In this document: piece after piece, positions 27,949-37,832 of the stretch
Numbering within the stretch: the stretch's first letter is position 1
Layout of the letters: the number at the start of each line of letters is the position of its first letter
Source of the DNA: Escherichia phage vB_ESM-pEJ01
Length of the DNA stretch: 64,000 nt
Sequence record: OP114734.1
Reading direction: 5' to 3' (one strand)
Position numbers and translations under genes: made by a program
The notes under the pieces: generated by a model
The model's database searches: none
The model's input: only the letters and a program-made list of their open reading frames with translations
What the model was told of the DNA's origin: nothing

Positions 27949-28324
27949 TTGCGATCAGACGAGTTACTACTACGCTAGCGGCTTCAATCAGCAGTTCATC
28001 AGTGTCAATCTGATAACCTTTTTCGAGAATATCTTTACCTCGAATAGTTTTAGCGCCTTTAGCAATTGAATCATCGTAATACTTGCGCATTGCAGCGATC
28101 CATTCTTTTTGCACCATATCATCAATATGCGCGTACAGTTCAAAGCGTGCTTGCTGCGGGATAACCTTCATTTTAGCTTTCTCGCTTTCTGGCATTTGTA
28201 GTACCCACGCTTTACGGATCTTGTTCATTGCTCGGTCAAATTCGAGGCTGGTTTTCTTGTTCTGAATGTCTGCTACAGTAATTTTAGCCAGGTTTGCGGA
28301 AGTAGTCATAATATTAATCTCCAA
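27932..28324 (-). CDS. hypothetical protein (130 aa)
   Basis: ORF. Confidence 0.4.
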   Translation of the reverse strand: MEINIMTTSANLAKITVADIQNKKTSLEFDRAMNKIRKAWVLQMPESEKAKMKVIPQQARFELYAHIDDMVQKEWIAAMRKYYDDSIAKGAKTIRGKDILEKGYQIDTDELLIEAASVVVTRLIAIADGK

Positions 28325-28339
28325 AATAAAATCAGTATA

Positions 28340-28570
28340 TCACGTTCTAAAGTTTGTTGCAACCCCAGCATCAGGGTAATCAAGTTTATCAAAGTTGGGG
28401 ACCAGCATAAACTCATGATGACGACAAGACAACATTTTTGTTATGTCTGCATCGCTGTATATGCTGTTTTTCATATCCCCCATACTAACTACATATTCTT
28501 CACCGGAATATAGATTGATTAAGGTATACAATTCTAACTCCGGCTGCGTTACTCTGTCAAATGTTAACAT
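28340..28570 (-). CDS. hypothetical protein (76 aa)
   Basis: ORF. Confidence 0.35.
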   Translation of the reverse strand: MLTFDRVTQPELELYTLINLYSGEEYVVSMGDMKNSIYSDADITKMLSCRHHEFMLVPNFDKLDYPDAGVATNFRT

Positions 28571-30254
28571 TCATTTCAGTGAATCGCCCACGTTTAACCA
28601 TCTTGAGATGACGGCTAAAATCATCAGGGTTATGGTCACGATGGCTGATAATATACACGTTATCATCTAACTTGTCAATGATGGAATCAAGTGCTTTTAC
28701 GCCTTGAACGTCCGTAGCCCCATCATAAATTTCGTCGAGTACCAACAAAGAAATATTAGTACCAGATACTTTACCAGCAACATCACGCCATGTAAAGAGC
28801 ATCGCAAGGTCAATACGTGCCTTTTCGCCTTGACTGAACGATGTATACGAAAACGATTCACGCCCCCGTGATTTGATTGTTTCGTTAAACTCTTCATCTA
28901 GCGTAAAGATATAATCCGCTTCCATGATATCAAGATAATACGCAATCCGATCATTGAAATATGGAATATATTTCTTGACGATAGACGCCTTAACACCGGA
29001 ATCCTTCAACATTTCTGTTACAAATCCACGGTGATATTTTTCAAGAACTAGCTTTGATTTTTCATTAGTAATCTCTACCAGTTCGTGTTCCAGTTTAGCA
29101 AGTTCTTCGGAATTGTCAACCCTTTCTTTTTGTAATTCCTGAATTGCTTTCTGGATCTGTTTAGCCCGACCTACAGATGCCGTTAAATTCGCTCTCTGTG
29201 ACTCTATAGCGCGTTTAATTTCCAAGACCTTAGTTTGTGCTGTCTGGAAAGAATTGGCTTTCTCTGCGTATTCTACGCGTTTCTCGTCAATCAGAGACAG
29301 TTTATGTTCCGCTTGTGCTTTTTGTTCGCGTACAGCCTGATCATTACCCTGAATGATCGGTTGTGTGCACGTAGGACAGATCCCGCCTTTCTCATGCATA
29401 TGAATAACACGGTCAAAGTTCTGGATCTGCGCACCAATCTGTGCGATAGCCGTATTAATTTTAGCCAATGCCGCGCTAGGATCTTCCGGCATAACAACAG
29501 CCAATAGCTCATCGGTCAAGCGCGTTTCTTCGGCTTTAAACGCTTTAGCTGATTCTACTTCTTTCTCGTACATATTCTGCAAACGCTGTAGATTCTCGGC
29601 ACTCGCCTTGCTAGCGTCTTCTATGTACTTTTTATGAGTGTTGATTTGTTGCTGAACGTGATTAGCTTTCATTTCCTGCATTTGGATATTCTGGGTAATC
29701 TCGCGCACATACGCTTTATTCAGTTTATCCATTTCGCCTAGCGTAGCAATATCAAGCAAATCCTCAACCAGTTTACGGCGACCCGCTGCCGGAAGACTCA
29801 TAAACGGAACATAACCAGCAGTACCTAAAACAACGATCTGTTTAAAGCTGGCTAGGTTCATGCCTATGATACCTTCAAAATATTCCTGAAAGTCTTTGGT
29901 GCTTGCGCTCTCGTCGATCTTTTGACCGTCGCGATGCACTTCGAATACTTCCGGTTTTTGACCACGTTTGATATAAAACTCTTTCCCGTCCAGTTCAAAC
30001 CAGACTTCGACTAACAGTTTCTTTTTGTTGACGCTGTTAATCAATTGGCCTTTCTTGATACTACGAAACGGTTTACCGAACAACACAAAGCAAAGCGCCT
30101 CGATCATTGTTGATTTACCAGCACCGTTAACACCAGTGATTAGTGTCTTTTTGAATCCGTCTAGCTGAATCTCAACAGGTTCAGCACCCACGCTCATTAT
30201 ATTTTGATAGCGCAAGGTTTTAAAATTTAACTTTGCCATTAATCCACTCCGCAA
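28557..30254 (-). CDS. 46: recombination endonuclease subunit (Rad50/SbcC-like, T4 gp46 homologue)
   Basis: Walker A GVNGAGKST, long coiled coil with CPTC zinc hook, signature SGGE-like FSQGEK and D-loop LVLDE. Confidence 0.9.
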   Translation of the reverse strand: MRSGLMAKLNFKTLRYQNIMSVGAEPVEIQLDGFKKTLITGVNGAGKSTMIEALCFVLFGKPFRSIKKGQLINSVNKKKLLVEVWFELDGKEFYIKRGQKPEVFEVHRDGQKIDESASTKDFQEYFEGIIGMNLASFKQIVVLGTAGYVPFMSLPAAGRRKLVEDLLDIATLGEMDKLNKAYVREITQNIQMQEMKANHVQQQINTHKKYIEDASKASAENLQRLQNMYEKEVESAKAFKAEETRLTDELLAVVMPEDPSAALAKINTAIAQIGAQIQNFDRVIHMHEKGGICPTCTQPIIQGNDQAVREQKAQAEHKLSLIDEKRVEYAEKANSFQTAQTKVLEIKRAIESQRANLTASVGRAKQIQKAIQELQKERVDNSEELAKLEHELVEITNEKSKLVLEKYHRGFVTEMLKDSGVKASIVKKYIPYFNDRIAYYLDIMEADYIFTLDEEFNETIKSRGRESFSYTSFSQGEKARIDLAMLFTWRDVAGKVSGTNISLLVLDEIYDGATDVQGVKALDSIIDKLDDNVYIISHRDHNPDDFSRHLKMVKRGRFTEMNVNI

Positions 30255-30483
30255 TCACACATTCCATAATATTAAATGCTAACACATCTTCATCAATATT
30301 GTAAACACTTGCCGCCTTCACTTTAACTAATGTGTCTCTGCGATCTGGCAACATGATCACATAATCCAGTGTCGCAGGATCATATGTCATAAAGGGATCA
30401 ACATAAATCCCTTTATTCAATGCCAGATATTCGCGAAGACCTTCTATAACCCTGTGTCTAAGGTAGGTCATCGATAGAATCAT
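30220..30483 (-). CDS. hypothetical protein (87 aa)
   Basis: ORF. Confidence 0.4.
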   Translation of the reverse strand: MILSMTYLRHRVIEGLREYLALNKGIYVDPFMTYDPATLDYVIMLPDRRDTLVKVKAASVYNIDEDVLAFNIMECVIAEWINGKVKF

Positions 30484-31076
30484 TTTAGTTTATGTTCCTC
30501 TAAAAATTCTTCAATTTCACCTTGCAGGTCTTCCGCTTGTTGTTCCAGAATATCGCGAAATTCACCTACAGTCAAGCGATAATCACACTTCACCAGTCGA
30601 TGTGGGAGAATATACCCTTTATACATCGTCTCTGACGCTTCCAGGAATACCCCACTATGCATGACAGAGATCCAACCTGTTAGCGTCAATGGAGTATTCG
30701 GAAAATAATACTTGCTGGATTGTTTCCACTGGACGAAAGCACCATATACAATCGGATTATATTCACCAACCACACTCTTAATAATGGATTCTACTTTGTC
30801 TTTTACAAAGTCGCCAATGCCCATAGTCACCATCAACTCTTGTGGGTGAATCACTTTAAGGTAACGACGGTAGCCGTCATCATACCACAGCTTAACCACT
30901 GGATGGCCCCACATTTTAGCAATACGCGCTTTCAGATAACCATAGATCGGATTCTTGTAATATGATTGTTTTATTGTGTATGCGTGCACCAATTCAATAA
31001 AATATTCCATTGCTATCGAATCAGGATCAGCCGCGACCATAGTCGTATTCATAATATGTTCCTCGTTCAATTTCAT
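30480..31076 (-). CDS. hypothetical protein (198 aa)
   Basis: ORF. Confidence 0.45.
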   Translation of the reverse strand: MKLNEEHIMNTTMVAADPDSIAMEYFIELVHAYTIKQSYYKNPIYGYLKARIAKMWGHPVVKLWYDDGYRRYLKVIHPQELMVTMGIGDFVKDKVESIIKSVVGEYNPIVYGAFVQWKQSSKYYFPNTPLTLTGWISVMHSGVFLEASETMYKGYILPHRLVKCDYRLTVGEFRDILEQQAEDLQGEIEEFLEEHKLK

Positions 31077-31347
31077 ATTGTTTCAGGTCTTCTAAAAGTT
31101 CATCCACTGCTTGTTTCAGCACATGACGCAGCGTAAAGTAATAGCTTTCATCAAATTCTATTTCCGCGCGAGGAATAGAGCGAAACTTACACTTAACAGT
31201 AGTATCGGTGAGTCGCTTTTCGACCATCATCCGAACTTCTTCATGCTCTTTGGAATACCATACATCAACGGAGATTCCCTTACGGCGAGCGAACATAGGC
31301 AACGCTGCATTAAATTCCATTACTTTTTGTGTAAGTGTTTTCATCAT
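31027..31347 (-). CDS. hypothetical protein (106 aa)
   Basis: ORF. Confidence 0.4.
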   Translation of the reverse strand: MMKTLTQKVMEFNAALPMFARRKGISVDVWYSKEHEEVRMMVEKRLTDTTVKCKFRSIPRAEIEFDESYYFTLRHVLKQAVDELLEDLKQYEIERGTYYEYDYGRG

Positions 31348-31604
31348 ACAGACCCCATAGATCCACGCGCAATAACATTCTGGGTAATATCAGCAACCTT
31401 ACGGGATACGATGTTTGTTAGCCCCTCTTTGGTGATATTTTCACGATCAAATGGGATTTCGTCATGAGTCCACAAACCATAGTTAGACCGAAATGATAGC
31501 ATATACTGACCATCTCGCACAACCTCAAATACATGGATCTTAGTGAATTTCGATAAACCTTCGTTGATTTCTTTCAGTGCATTAGTAATCATAACAACCT
31601 CCAA
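31344..31604 (-). CDS. hypothetical protein (86 aa)
   Basis: ORF downstream of promoter 31617..31645. Confidence 0.4.
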   Translation of the reverse strand: MEVVMITNALKEINEGLSKFTKIHVFEVVRDGQYMLSFRSNYGLWTHDEIPFDRENITKEGLTNIVSRKVADITQNVIARGSMGSV

Positions 31605-31616
31605 TCAATTTTTAGA

Positions 31617-31645
31617 GAGTATAACGGGGATTTCTCCCCGCGTCA
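31617..31645 (-). promoter_or_regulatory. promoter cassette (-35 TTGACG, 17 nt spacer = GGGGA/TCCCC hairpin, -10 TATACT)
   Basis: Directly after gene 47 stop. Confidence 0.5.
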
Positions 31646-31646
31646 A

Positions 31647-32672
31647 CTAACTTTTTGCGTTATTTACTTCGGCTAAAAGTTCATCAGAAATACGCTTGAC
31701 CGCCGCAAGTTCTTCCGGTTCTAGGTTTTGTTCTTCCAGATATTCATAGACCATCTGAATAGTGCTTTTAACTTCAATAACACCTGTTTCCTGTGATGCG
31801 CTACTCTCCAGTTTATGGACCACCTTTAGCTTGTGTACAACGGCCTCTAACGCGCTTTCTAACTTAGTTAACCCATTATCAGCGACCGTTGCGATAAGAC
31901 GCACACTAAGCCCTTTAAAGCGTTCGACATCGATTTTATCGTCTGACGGGTAAGTGATACGCACATGATAAGTTTTGTCATTCTGAATAAACTCTTTTTT
32001 GTGTGTATCGGTATCGAATACCCAAAAACCACGCGGATCGTTTTCGTCACCCGCCGTTAGTGTGTATGGTGTACCAATATACGTTACGTTACCGCCATCA
32101 CTGATAGTATGAAAGTGACCCGAAAACACTTCACGGTATTTCTTGAGGAAGTCCGCGCTATAACCTTCGGATTTTAGCCCTTTATAGAAATAGTAACCGG
32201 ACAATTCCCAATGGCCTACACAATATTCGCTGAATGAGTTTTGAATAAACTCTAAAATCTCTGATTTATTGTCATCACAAAACCACGGGAACAGATCAAA
32301 TGATACACCATCAAAGGTAACTGTTTCCGGTTTATCGATAACCTTAATGCAATCATACTGGCTTAACACTTCACGCGGTGCGTTAGGCTGGATCTTGTTT
32401 CGTTTAAACATATCATGATTCCCGACCGTGGTATAACAAGTAATATCAGCCTCTTCCAGTAACGGGATGACCTTAGTACGGTTAAATTTCATGGTTTCAT
32501 GGGTAATTGCTTTTCGGCAATCAAACCAATCCCCTGTTTGAATCCATGTCTTAATATTATGCTCTTTGGAGTATTCAACCGCTTTCTTGATGGTATCAAG
32601 AATATACTCATGCACCCACGGATCATCGCCACCGATACCAGTATGCAGATCACCTAAAAGCAAAATTTTCAT
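31647..32672 (-). CDS. 47: recombination endonuclease subunit (Mre11/SbcD-like, T4 gp47 homologue)
   Basis: Calcineurin-like phosphoesterase motifs (GDLH, GDWFD, GNHD, GHFH). Confidence 0.9.
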   Translation of the reverse strand: MKILLLGDLHTGIGGDDPWVHEYILDTIKKAVEYSKEHNIKTWIQTGDWFDCRKAITHETMKFNRTKVIPLLEEADITCYTTVGNHDMFKRNKIQPNAPREVLSQYDCIKVIDKPETVTFDGVSFDLFPWFCDDNKSEILEFIQNSFSEYCVGHWELSGYYFYKGLKSEGYSADFLKKYREVFSGHFHTISDGGNVTYIGTPYTLTAGDENDPRGFWVFDTDTHKKEFIQNDKTYHVRITYPSDDKIDVERFKGLSVRLIATVADNGLTKLESALEAVVHKLKVVHKLESSASQETGVIEVKSTIQMVYEYLEEQNLEPEELAAVKRISDELLAEVNNAKS

Positions 32673-32713
32673 AGTCTCTTCCTCTCTTCGTTTTCGATGC
32701 TCTCACTATATCA

Positions 32714-32741
32714 CAGAAAAATAAAAAGGGAAACCCCTTTC
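32714..32741 (-). terminator. rho-independent terminator
   Basis: AAAGGG-gttt-CCCTTT hairpin followed by TTTTTATTTTT. Confidence 0.55.
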
Positions 32742-32762
32742 AGAGTCTCCCTTATAAAGCCA

Positions 32763-33050
32763 TTACAGCATACTTAATACCGTTTGCCGTGTACTAATCC
32801 ACATAGCAGAAAGCAGTTCTGGCGTGTGTGGCTGTTTGTAGATATCACGTAATTTTCCGATAGCGTAGATATACGCATCACGATTATCATCGATGATAGC
32901 TTGTTCAGCCCACCGCTTAAGGCGTGCAATCTCTCGCGAGTTCTTACGCAAGATCTTTTCCGCTTTCTTAGCGGCTTTAGCCTCTAGTTCTGCTTGTACT
33001 TTGTCTACTTCATTCACTGCAATCTGGTCATGCTGTTCATCGTAAGTCAT
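32763..33050 (-). CDS. hypothetical protein (95 aa)
   Basis: ORF. Confidence 0.4.
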   Translation of the reverse strand: MTYDEQHDQIAVNEVDKVQAELEAKAAKKAEKILRKNSREIARLKRWAEQAIIDDNRDAYIYAIGKLRDIYKQPHTPELLSAMWISTRQTVLSML

Positions 33051-33051
33051 G

Positions 33052-33285
33052 TTATTTTCCTTCTGGGATATAGTCGATGATTAAAGAAAATTCATCTTCT
33101 GATACATTATAGCTATGTGAGATTGTACCCGTAAAGACCTCAAGATCCGGTGATTTGATATTGCACGGATCGATAATCACCGGAACGCCGCAATCTCTCA
33201 AAAATAATTTGGCGAAATACGGCACGAGGTCAGTTTCAAACTCTGCTTCTTCCAGCAAACGGGAAATGTTAATTTTCAATCTCAT
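33052..33285 (-). CDS. hypothetical protein (77 aa)
   Basis: ORF. Confidence 0.4.
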   Translation of the reverse strand: MRLKINISRLLEEAEFETDLVPYFAKLFLRDCGVPVIIDPCNIKSPDLEVFTGTISHSYNVSEDEFSLIIDYIPEGK

Positions 33286-33802
33286 AAAATTGGTCCAGGC
33301 TAGGCAATTCCTCGGTCAATACATCTTCAACCTTTGGCGCTTTCGGTTTATTGACCGATTCCTCGTAGTTGTTGATTTTATCGTAAATGTCCTGTATGAA
33401 TGCCTCATCAGCAATCTGGCACATATCAGCGTCGCGTTCGTCATATACATGATGCACAAAATATTTGTATTTTGCGGCTGTCGCTGTTCTCTCTTTTTTA
33501 ATGCGCTGTACAAAAGCATTAAAGCACGCTTGCGTGATGTAAGCATGAGGATTTTTATACTTTGTCTCGTCAAAATTAATCAAACCCTTGACCGCCGCTT
33601 CGATTCCGTCGTCGATCATTTCTTCGCGCCATGTTTGACTATAACCAGAAAAGTTAAAACGACGTGATAGATTTTTAGAGATTTGCATAATTGCTAGGCC
33701 GATTTGATCGCTCATTGGAACTTGCCGACCTTCTGCTGCAATTTGTTGTTTCCAACGGCAAATTTCTTCGTAAAGCTCTTTATTGTTTACATAATCAGAC
33801 AC
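33269..33802 (-). CDS. 55: late-transcription sigma factor (T4 gp55 homologue)
   Basis: Long identical blocks to T4 gp55 ([43 protein letters not shown]). Confidence 0.9.
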   Translation of the reverse strand: MSDYVNNKELYEEICRWKQQIAAEGRQVPMSDQIGLAIMQISKNLSRRFNFSGYSQTWREEMIDDGIEAAVKGLINFDETKYKNPHAYITQACFNAFVQRIKKERTATAAKYKYFVHHVYDERDADMCQIADEAFIQDIYDKINNYEESVNKPKAPKVEDVLTEELPSLDQFYEIEN

Positions 33803-33842
33803 TTCGCACCCTCGCTATTATTTAGGAAATAACCCTTTCGGG

Positions 33843-35312
33843 CTATTCCCCATTGCCATTATACTTTCTTTGCTTAGTTATCCACACTCTAACCATCTCT
33901 ACTGATTCACCGTCAGACGGATCAAGAGTTTTTCCTTTTTTCTTCATGCGGTACTTAAATCCGTTAAATCTTGCATTCTCTTGCTCGTTAAAGTCGAACA
34001 TCTTTTTAAATGATTTTCGCCCTTTACGCTCACCACATTCTAGCGGAATCATTCGGTCTGTTATTACATTGGCATTAGGTAGAAACGTTTTTAGATAATC
34101 CACCAACGCCCAATCAGGAACATATAGATTAACATTCTCCTTGCTCTCGTTGTCTCTCAGGTTACAACGCAAACATAATTGAAATGCTGGTTCCAGATAA
34201 TCAGACACATGACGCGCTTTCAAAAACTCATTTGTCGGGAGATCACAACTATTAGCAAGACCTTTTAAAATATCAATCTCCCATCGTTGAGGGTTAAAGC
34301 TGAACATCACAGCAACATTTTTATGATGAATGTAAGAGTTAAGACCATAAGATCCGTAAGGTATCCGCTCACCAATACCATTTGTACACGCTTCACGGTC
34401 CCGATTCACGGTATAAATGAAGTCATCACCACATTCATTTTTAACCATATCAACAAGACGTTCAAAGGTATTGTTTGTTTCTGACTGGTGACGCGACCAT
34501 CGTTCGGAGTCCGTCATGAGGATGATATTAACTCTATCTGTATTTTTATACTCTTTGAAATATAGTCGGGATTCTAGCGCACTCGGAACAAAATCGCAAT
34601 TTTCATAGTATCGTAGATACTTCCCGCTATATGTATCAAAGAGATTTGCACATGCTATCGTAACCTTTTTAAAGTCTCCCCACGTACCGTGTTTGTTATC
34701 GTTCAAGAAAACAATTTTCGACCCGTTCTTCCGGTGTCCTTCGTTATGTTTTACCATAACGTTGATTTTCTTCTCTAATAACGCCTCATAAAGCCCTCTA
34801 AGAGAAGAATCGATCATATCAGTACCATCCTTTGCACTTTCTATCTTTTCTTTGATAGCGGCCTTCTCAGAGTCTTTTAGAACTAAGTTCTGTAGGCATT
34901 CCGATTCGTCGGCGATTGGTTCGCAATGCTTCGTGATAAGTTCAAGATTAGACTTAAACGGATACTCATTAAATTCAACCAGTTGAGGAACTTCATCAAT
35001 GTAAAGAGCATATTCACCAAACATTTTTGAACGTTCCATATTAGATAACGCTGTATGTGTAATGAATATCACATCAGCACCATCTTTAACTGATTGCATT
35101 ATCGACGCTTGCACTGTCTTAAGGCTTCTTAGTCTTGTGCTATCAATCAAGACAGCACGACCGCCCATTCTTTTAAACTTATTGTAAGATTGTTCACTTA
35201 AAACACGAGATGGCGAAGCAATAACCGCTTTTTCTTTTGTCTCTAGGACGTGGGAAAGTATAGCATCAGTTTTCCCCGCCGCTGGCAATGCGATTAATGT
35301 TTCAATCTTCAT
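33843..35312 (-). CDS. P-loop NTPase, helicase-like (function unknown)
   Basis: 489 aa; Walker A ALPAAGKTDA at N-terminus, DEVPQ (DExx) ~100 aa later; no further helicase motifs recognised. Confidence 0.45.
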   Translation of the reverse strand: MKIETLIALPAAGKTDAILSHVLETKEKAVIASPSRVLSEQSYNKFKRMGGRAVLIDSTRLRSLKTVQASIMQSVKDGADVIFITHTALSNMERSKMFGEYALYIDEVPQLVEFNEYPFKSNLELITKHCEPIADESECLQNLVLKDSEKAAIKEKIESAKDGTDMIDSSLRGLYEALLEKKINVMVKHNEGHRKNGSKIVFLNDNKHGTWGDFKKVTIACANLFDTYSGKYLRYYENCDFVPSALESRLYFKEYKNTDRVNIILMTDSERWSRHQSETNNTFERLVDMVKNECGDDFIYTVNRDREACTNGIGERIPYGSYGLNSYIHHKNVAVMFSFNPQRWEIDILKGLANSCDLPTNEFLKARHVSDYLEPAFQLCLRCNLRDNESKENVNLYVPDWALVDYLKTFLPNANVITDRMIPLECGERKGRKSFKKMFDFNEQENARFNGFKYRMKKKGKTLDPSDGESVEMVRVWITKQRKYNGNGE

Positions 35313-35617
35313 TAGAAACCCTTACGTCGTGCTTTCTGGCATTTCTTGATCATTTTATCAGAAATTTCGCGCTTAGGTGCAATCTCTTTCACACCGAAAG
35401 CACTAATGCCAAATTCAGAGAGAATATATTCAACTAACAATTCACGCACACGCGCTTTACCGATATTCACGCCGTTATTTTTCAGATATGTCTGACCTTC
35501 GACTTGCATCAGATCTAAATCTGCGTCGGTAATATTGATTTCTTCCATGCGCCCAAATCGAGAATAAACCATGTGTGCGATTGCATTGTGTACTAACATA
35601 ATATATTCCTCACTCAA
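35312..35617 (-). CDS. hypothetical protein (101 aa)
   Basis: ORF. Confidence 0.4.
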   Translation of the reverse strand: MSEEYIMLVHNAIAHMVYSRFGRMEEINITDADLDLMQVEGQTYLKNNGVNIGKARVRELLVEYILSEFGISAFGVKEIAPKREISDKMIKKCQKARRKGF

Positions 35618-35620
35618 GAA

Positions 35621-35779
35621 TTACTTAATGATACTTACTTTACCAGATCCGTGACAATGAGCGCAACACCCATCACCACGCAATCCTGTTCCGTTACAGT
35701 GTTTACACTTCTTCAACGGTAAAGCCATTATAGCAAATAAAGCAATAATGAATACCGAAACTAAATTCTCAATAATCAT
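35621..35779 (-). CDS. small membrane-anchored DnaJ-type zinc-finger protein (52 aa), not in ORF track
   Basis: MIIENLVSVFIIALFAIMAL TM helix then CKHCNGTG...CAHCHGSG (two CxxCxGxG repeats); GAGGG RBS. Confidence 0.4.
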   Translation of the reverse strand: MIIENLVSVFIIALFAIMALPLKKCKHCNGTGLRGDGCCAHCHGSGKVSIIK

Positions 35780-36038
35780 AAATCGCCCTCAGTTCTTTAT
35801 AGCCTCCAATGTGCTCGTTGTCAATGAATATCTGGGGGTATACAAACCGGAGGCTCTTTGAGTTTAGCCTCCCCGCCAGTTCTTCAATCATATCACGGTC
35901 GGGAATAATGTCAACCCCGACCTGCTTGAATACTGGTTTAAGTGTATACGGAATACCCAGATCATCCAGTAGCTTCATTGCACTAATACAACCATAACAA
36001 TGATAAGCCTCTTTCGGTATACCGTATATCTCGATCAT
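35769..36038 (-). CDS. glutaredoxin-like protein (NrdH-type)
   Basis: CYGC redox motif near N-terminus, thioredoxin-fold length (89 aa), in nrd cluster. Confidence 0.65.
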   Translation of the reverse strand: MIEIYGIPKEAYHCYGCISAMKLLDDLGIPYTLKPVFKQVGVDIIPDRDMIEELAGRLNSKSLRFVYPQIFIDNEHIGGYKELRAIYDY

Positions 36039-36535
36039 TTCTCAGCCTTTAATCTTTCTAGTTCTTCTTCCAGTTCCTTGATCCGTTGGTCGCGTTCAAA
36101 GTCACGCTGTAACTTAGTGGCGAATACTCGTTTAAACTGATTGTAATCATCGATTTTAAACACTTCTTCTTCGCCATAGCGACGCACAGAAACTTCGTAG
36201 TTATTGAAGAATTGTTGCATCATTGCTTCGGATGATAGTTCTGCTGATACTACTTTAAAATATTGATCTTCTGTAGGCGAAAACCAATTACAAGCATAAA
36301 GATAAACCTTTTCATTGTCTGGACACTGGTAAGCCTTACCATCGATTTCAATCACAGAAACATATTCAGGTATACTAGATGAATCAATAGCTAAGACTTT
36401 AAACGCACGGTCCCCGATAAACTCGGAGATCACACGATTCGCATCACTGGTTGCAAATGCTTTACGCGCTTGTTCGTTTTTCCACTGATAGGTCATACCA
36501 ACAACAAACATATTACCATCCTCGCTCTTTACCAA
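36035..36535 (-). CDS. paralogous-family protein, array 1 member D
   Basis: Shares FKV..ID..G.V..IEIDG.Y module and coiled-coil tail with neighbours. Confidence 0.5.
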   Translation of the reverse strand: MVKSEDGNMFVVGMTYQWKNEQARKAFATSDANRVISEFIGDRAFKVLAIDSSSIPEYVSVIEIDGKAYQCPDNEKVYLYACNWFSPTEDQYFKVVSAELSSEAMMQQFFNNYEVSVRRYGEEEVFKIDDYNQFKRVFATKLQRDFERDQRIKELEEELERLKAEK

Positions 36536-37337
36536 TCAAAAATTCAACTTCACGACGTTTAATGTCTTCTTGAAGGTCTTTAATCTTCTGGCGATCTTGC
36601 ATGATTTCATCCATCTTGTCAAGTGCCGCAATGAAATCATCGAAACGTTCAAAGGTTTTACCTTCATTTGCTTCGCCAAATTTAACCATTGTCAGGCCGT
36701 AACGACTACTAAACAGACGTTTCAACTGTCCAACGATTTTAGAATCAGTGGTTATAACTTCCAATTCTTCTACTTCACGAAAGAATTTTCTATCAGAATC
36801 AATAAACCAGCTAGTTCCTTTATGGTCTCTATCTTCGGTTGCGCTCATTAGAGTATGGTCTTTACCATCAATTTCAATTACATCAATTTGCCCACATGGA
36901 CTAACATTTTTAACAGTAAAAGGTCTATAATTTATTGCTCGTGCAATAACATAATTAAGGTTAGATACGTTTTCAGCATAATGGCAGAAGTCGGTCATAG
37001 CATTCGCATCTTTCCAAGTATAAGTTTTACCAACTTCCCATTTCTGGGGAACTTCTTCAACTTCACGAAAGAATTTTCTATCGAATGGACTAAAGAAATA
37101 TGTTGCCGTCCAAATGTCTTTTCCTGTAGCAGTTTTCGCCGTATGATAAACACCGTCTAGCTCTATTGCATAAATCCAACCGTTACCATCGATCTCGATG
37201 ATGGTAAATGGCTTGTCACCAATAGCTGCACTAATATCGCTGTTAAGTGGAGAAAGAACACCTTCTCCGTTAGTAATAAACTCAGTTTTAGCGTTTTCGT
37301 CTTTCCAGGTGTAAGTTTTACCAATTTCCCATTTCAT
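36513..37337 (-). CDS. paralogous-family protein, array 1 member C (internal domain duplication)
   Basis: Contains KWE(I/V)GKTYTWKD...DRKFFREVEE twice. Confidence 0.5.
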   Translation of the reverse strand: MKWEIGKTYTWKDENAKTEFITNGEGVLSPLNSDISAAIGDKPFTIIEIDGNGWIYAIELDGVYHTAKTATGKDIWTATYFFSPFDRKFFREVEEVPQKWEVGKTYTWKDANAMTDFCHYAENVSNLNYVIARAINYRPFTVKNVSPCGQIDVIEIDGKDHTLMSATEDRDHKGTSWFIDSDRKFFREVEELEVITTDSKIVGQLKRLFSSRYGLTMVKFGEANEGKTFERFDDFIAALDKMDEIMQDRQKIKDLQEDIKRREVEFLIGKERGW

Positions 37338-37349
37338 AATATATTCCCC

Positions 37350-37832
37350 TTAACCGATTTTATCAAGTTCGTTTAATGCTTTCTCTGCTTCCTGTATAGC
37401 TTGCACCCTTTCCGGCATTTTGTCAAGAAAATCTTTCAACTCTTCAAAACTGGAGATATGACGCAAGGCGTTAGCACCGATAGCCGCATGTGATTTGCAT
37501 TCAAAGCGGATTTTATAATTATCCATCGCCAACTTGAGAAGATCAATTAATTTAGATTCTTCTGGAATAATAATAATTTCTTCAAATCTGCTACGGTCAT
37601 GATCCAGAAACCAACAAGATAGACCTACATCGGTTGAACTCATATAAGTTCCATCATGAAGATAAACAGATCGCACGTATCCTTTTTTCGCATCAACCGA
37701 CGCAACTTTAAACGGTAATCGCAGATATTTCAAATAATCAACATCATACCATTTAAAAAATTGGTTTGCATCTTTTACATCTTTCCACGCATAGGTCTTA
37801 CCAACTTCCCATTTCATAATATCATCTCTCAT
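37350..37832 (-). CDS. paralogous-family protein, array 1 member B
   Basis: MKWEVGKTYAWKD N-terminus; start probably at 37817. Confidence 0.5.
   Translation of the reverse strand: MRDDIMKWEVGKTYAWKDVKDANQFFKWYDVDYLKYLRLPFKVASVDAKKGYVRSVYLHDGTYMSSTDVGLSCWFLDHDRSRFEEIIIIPEESKLIDLLKLAMDNYKIRFECKSHAAIGANALRHISSFEELKDFLDKMPERVQAIQEAEKALNELDKIG

Noticed and set aside
33843-35312. 489-aa NTPase as terminase large subunit or UvsW
   Set aside because: This window is the early replication region and the protein has no recognisable terminase nuclease domain or SF2 helicase motif VI; left as unknown NTPase.
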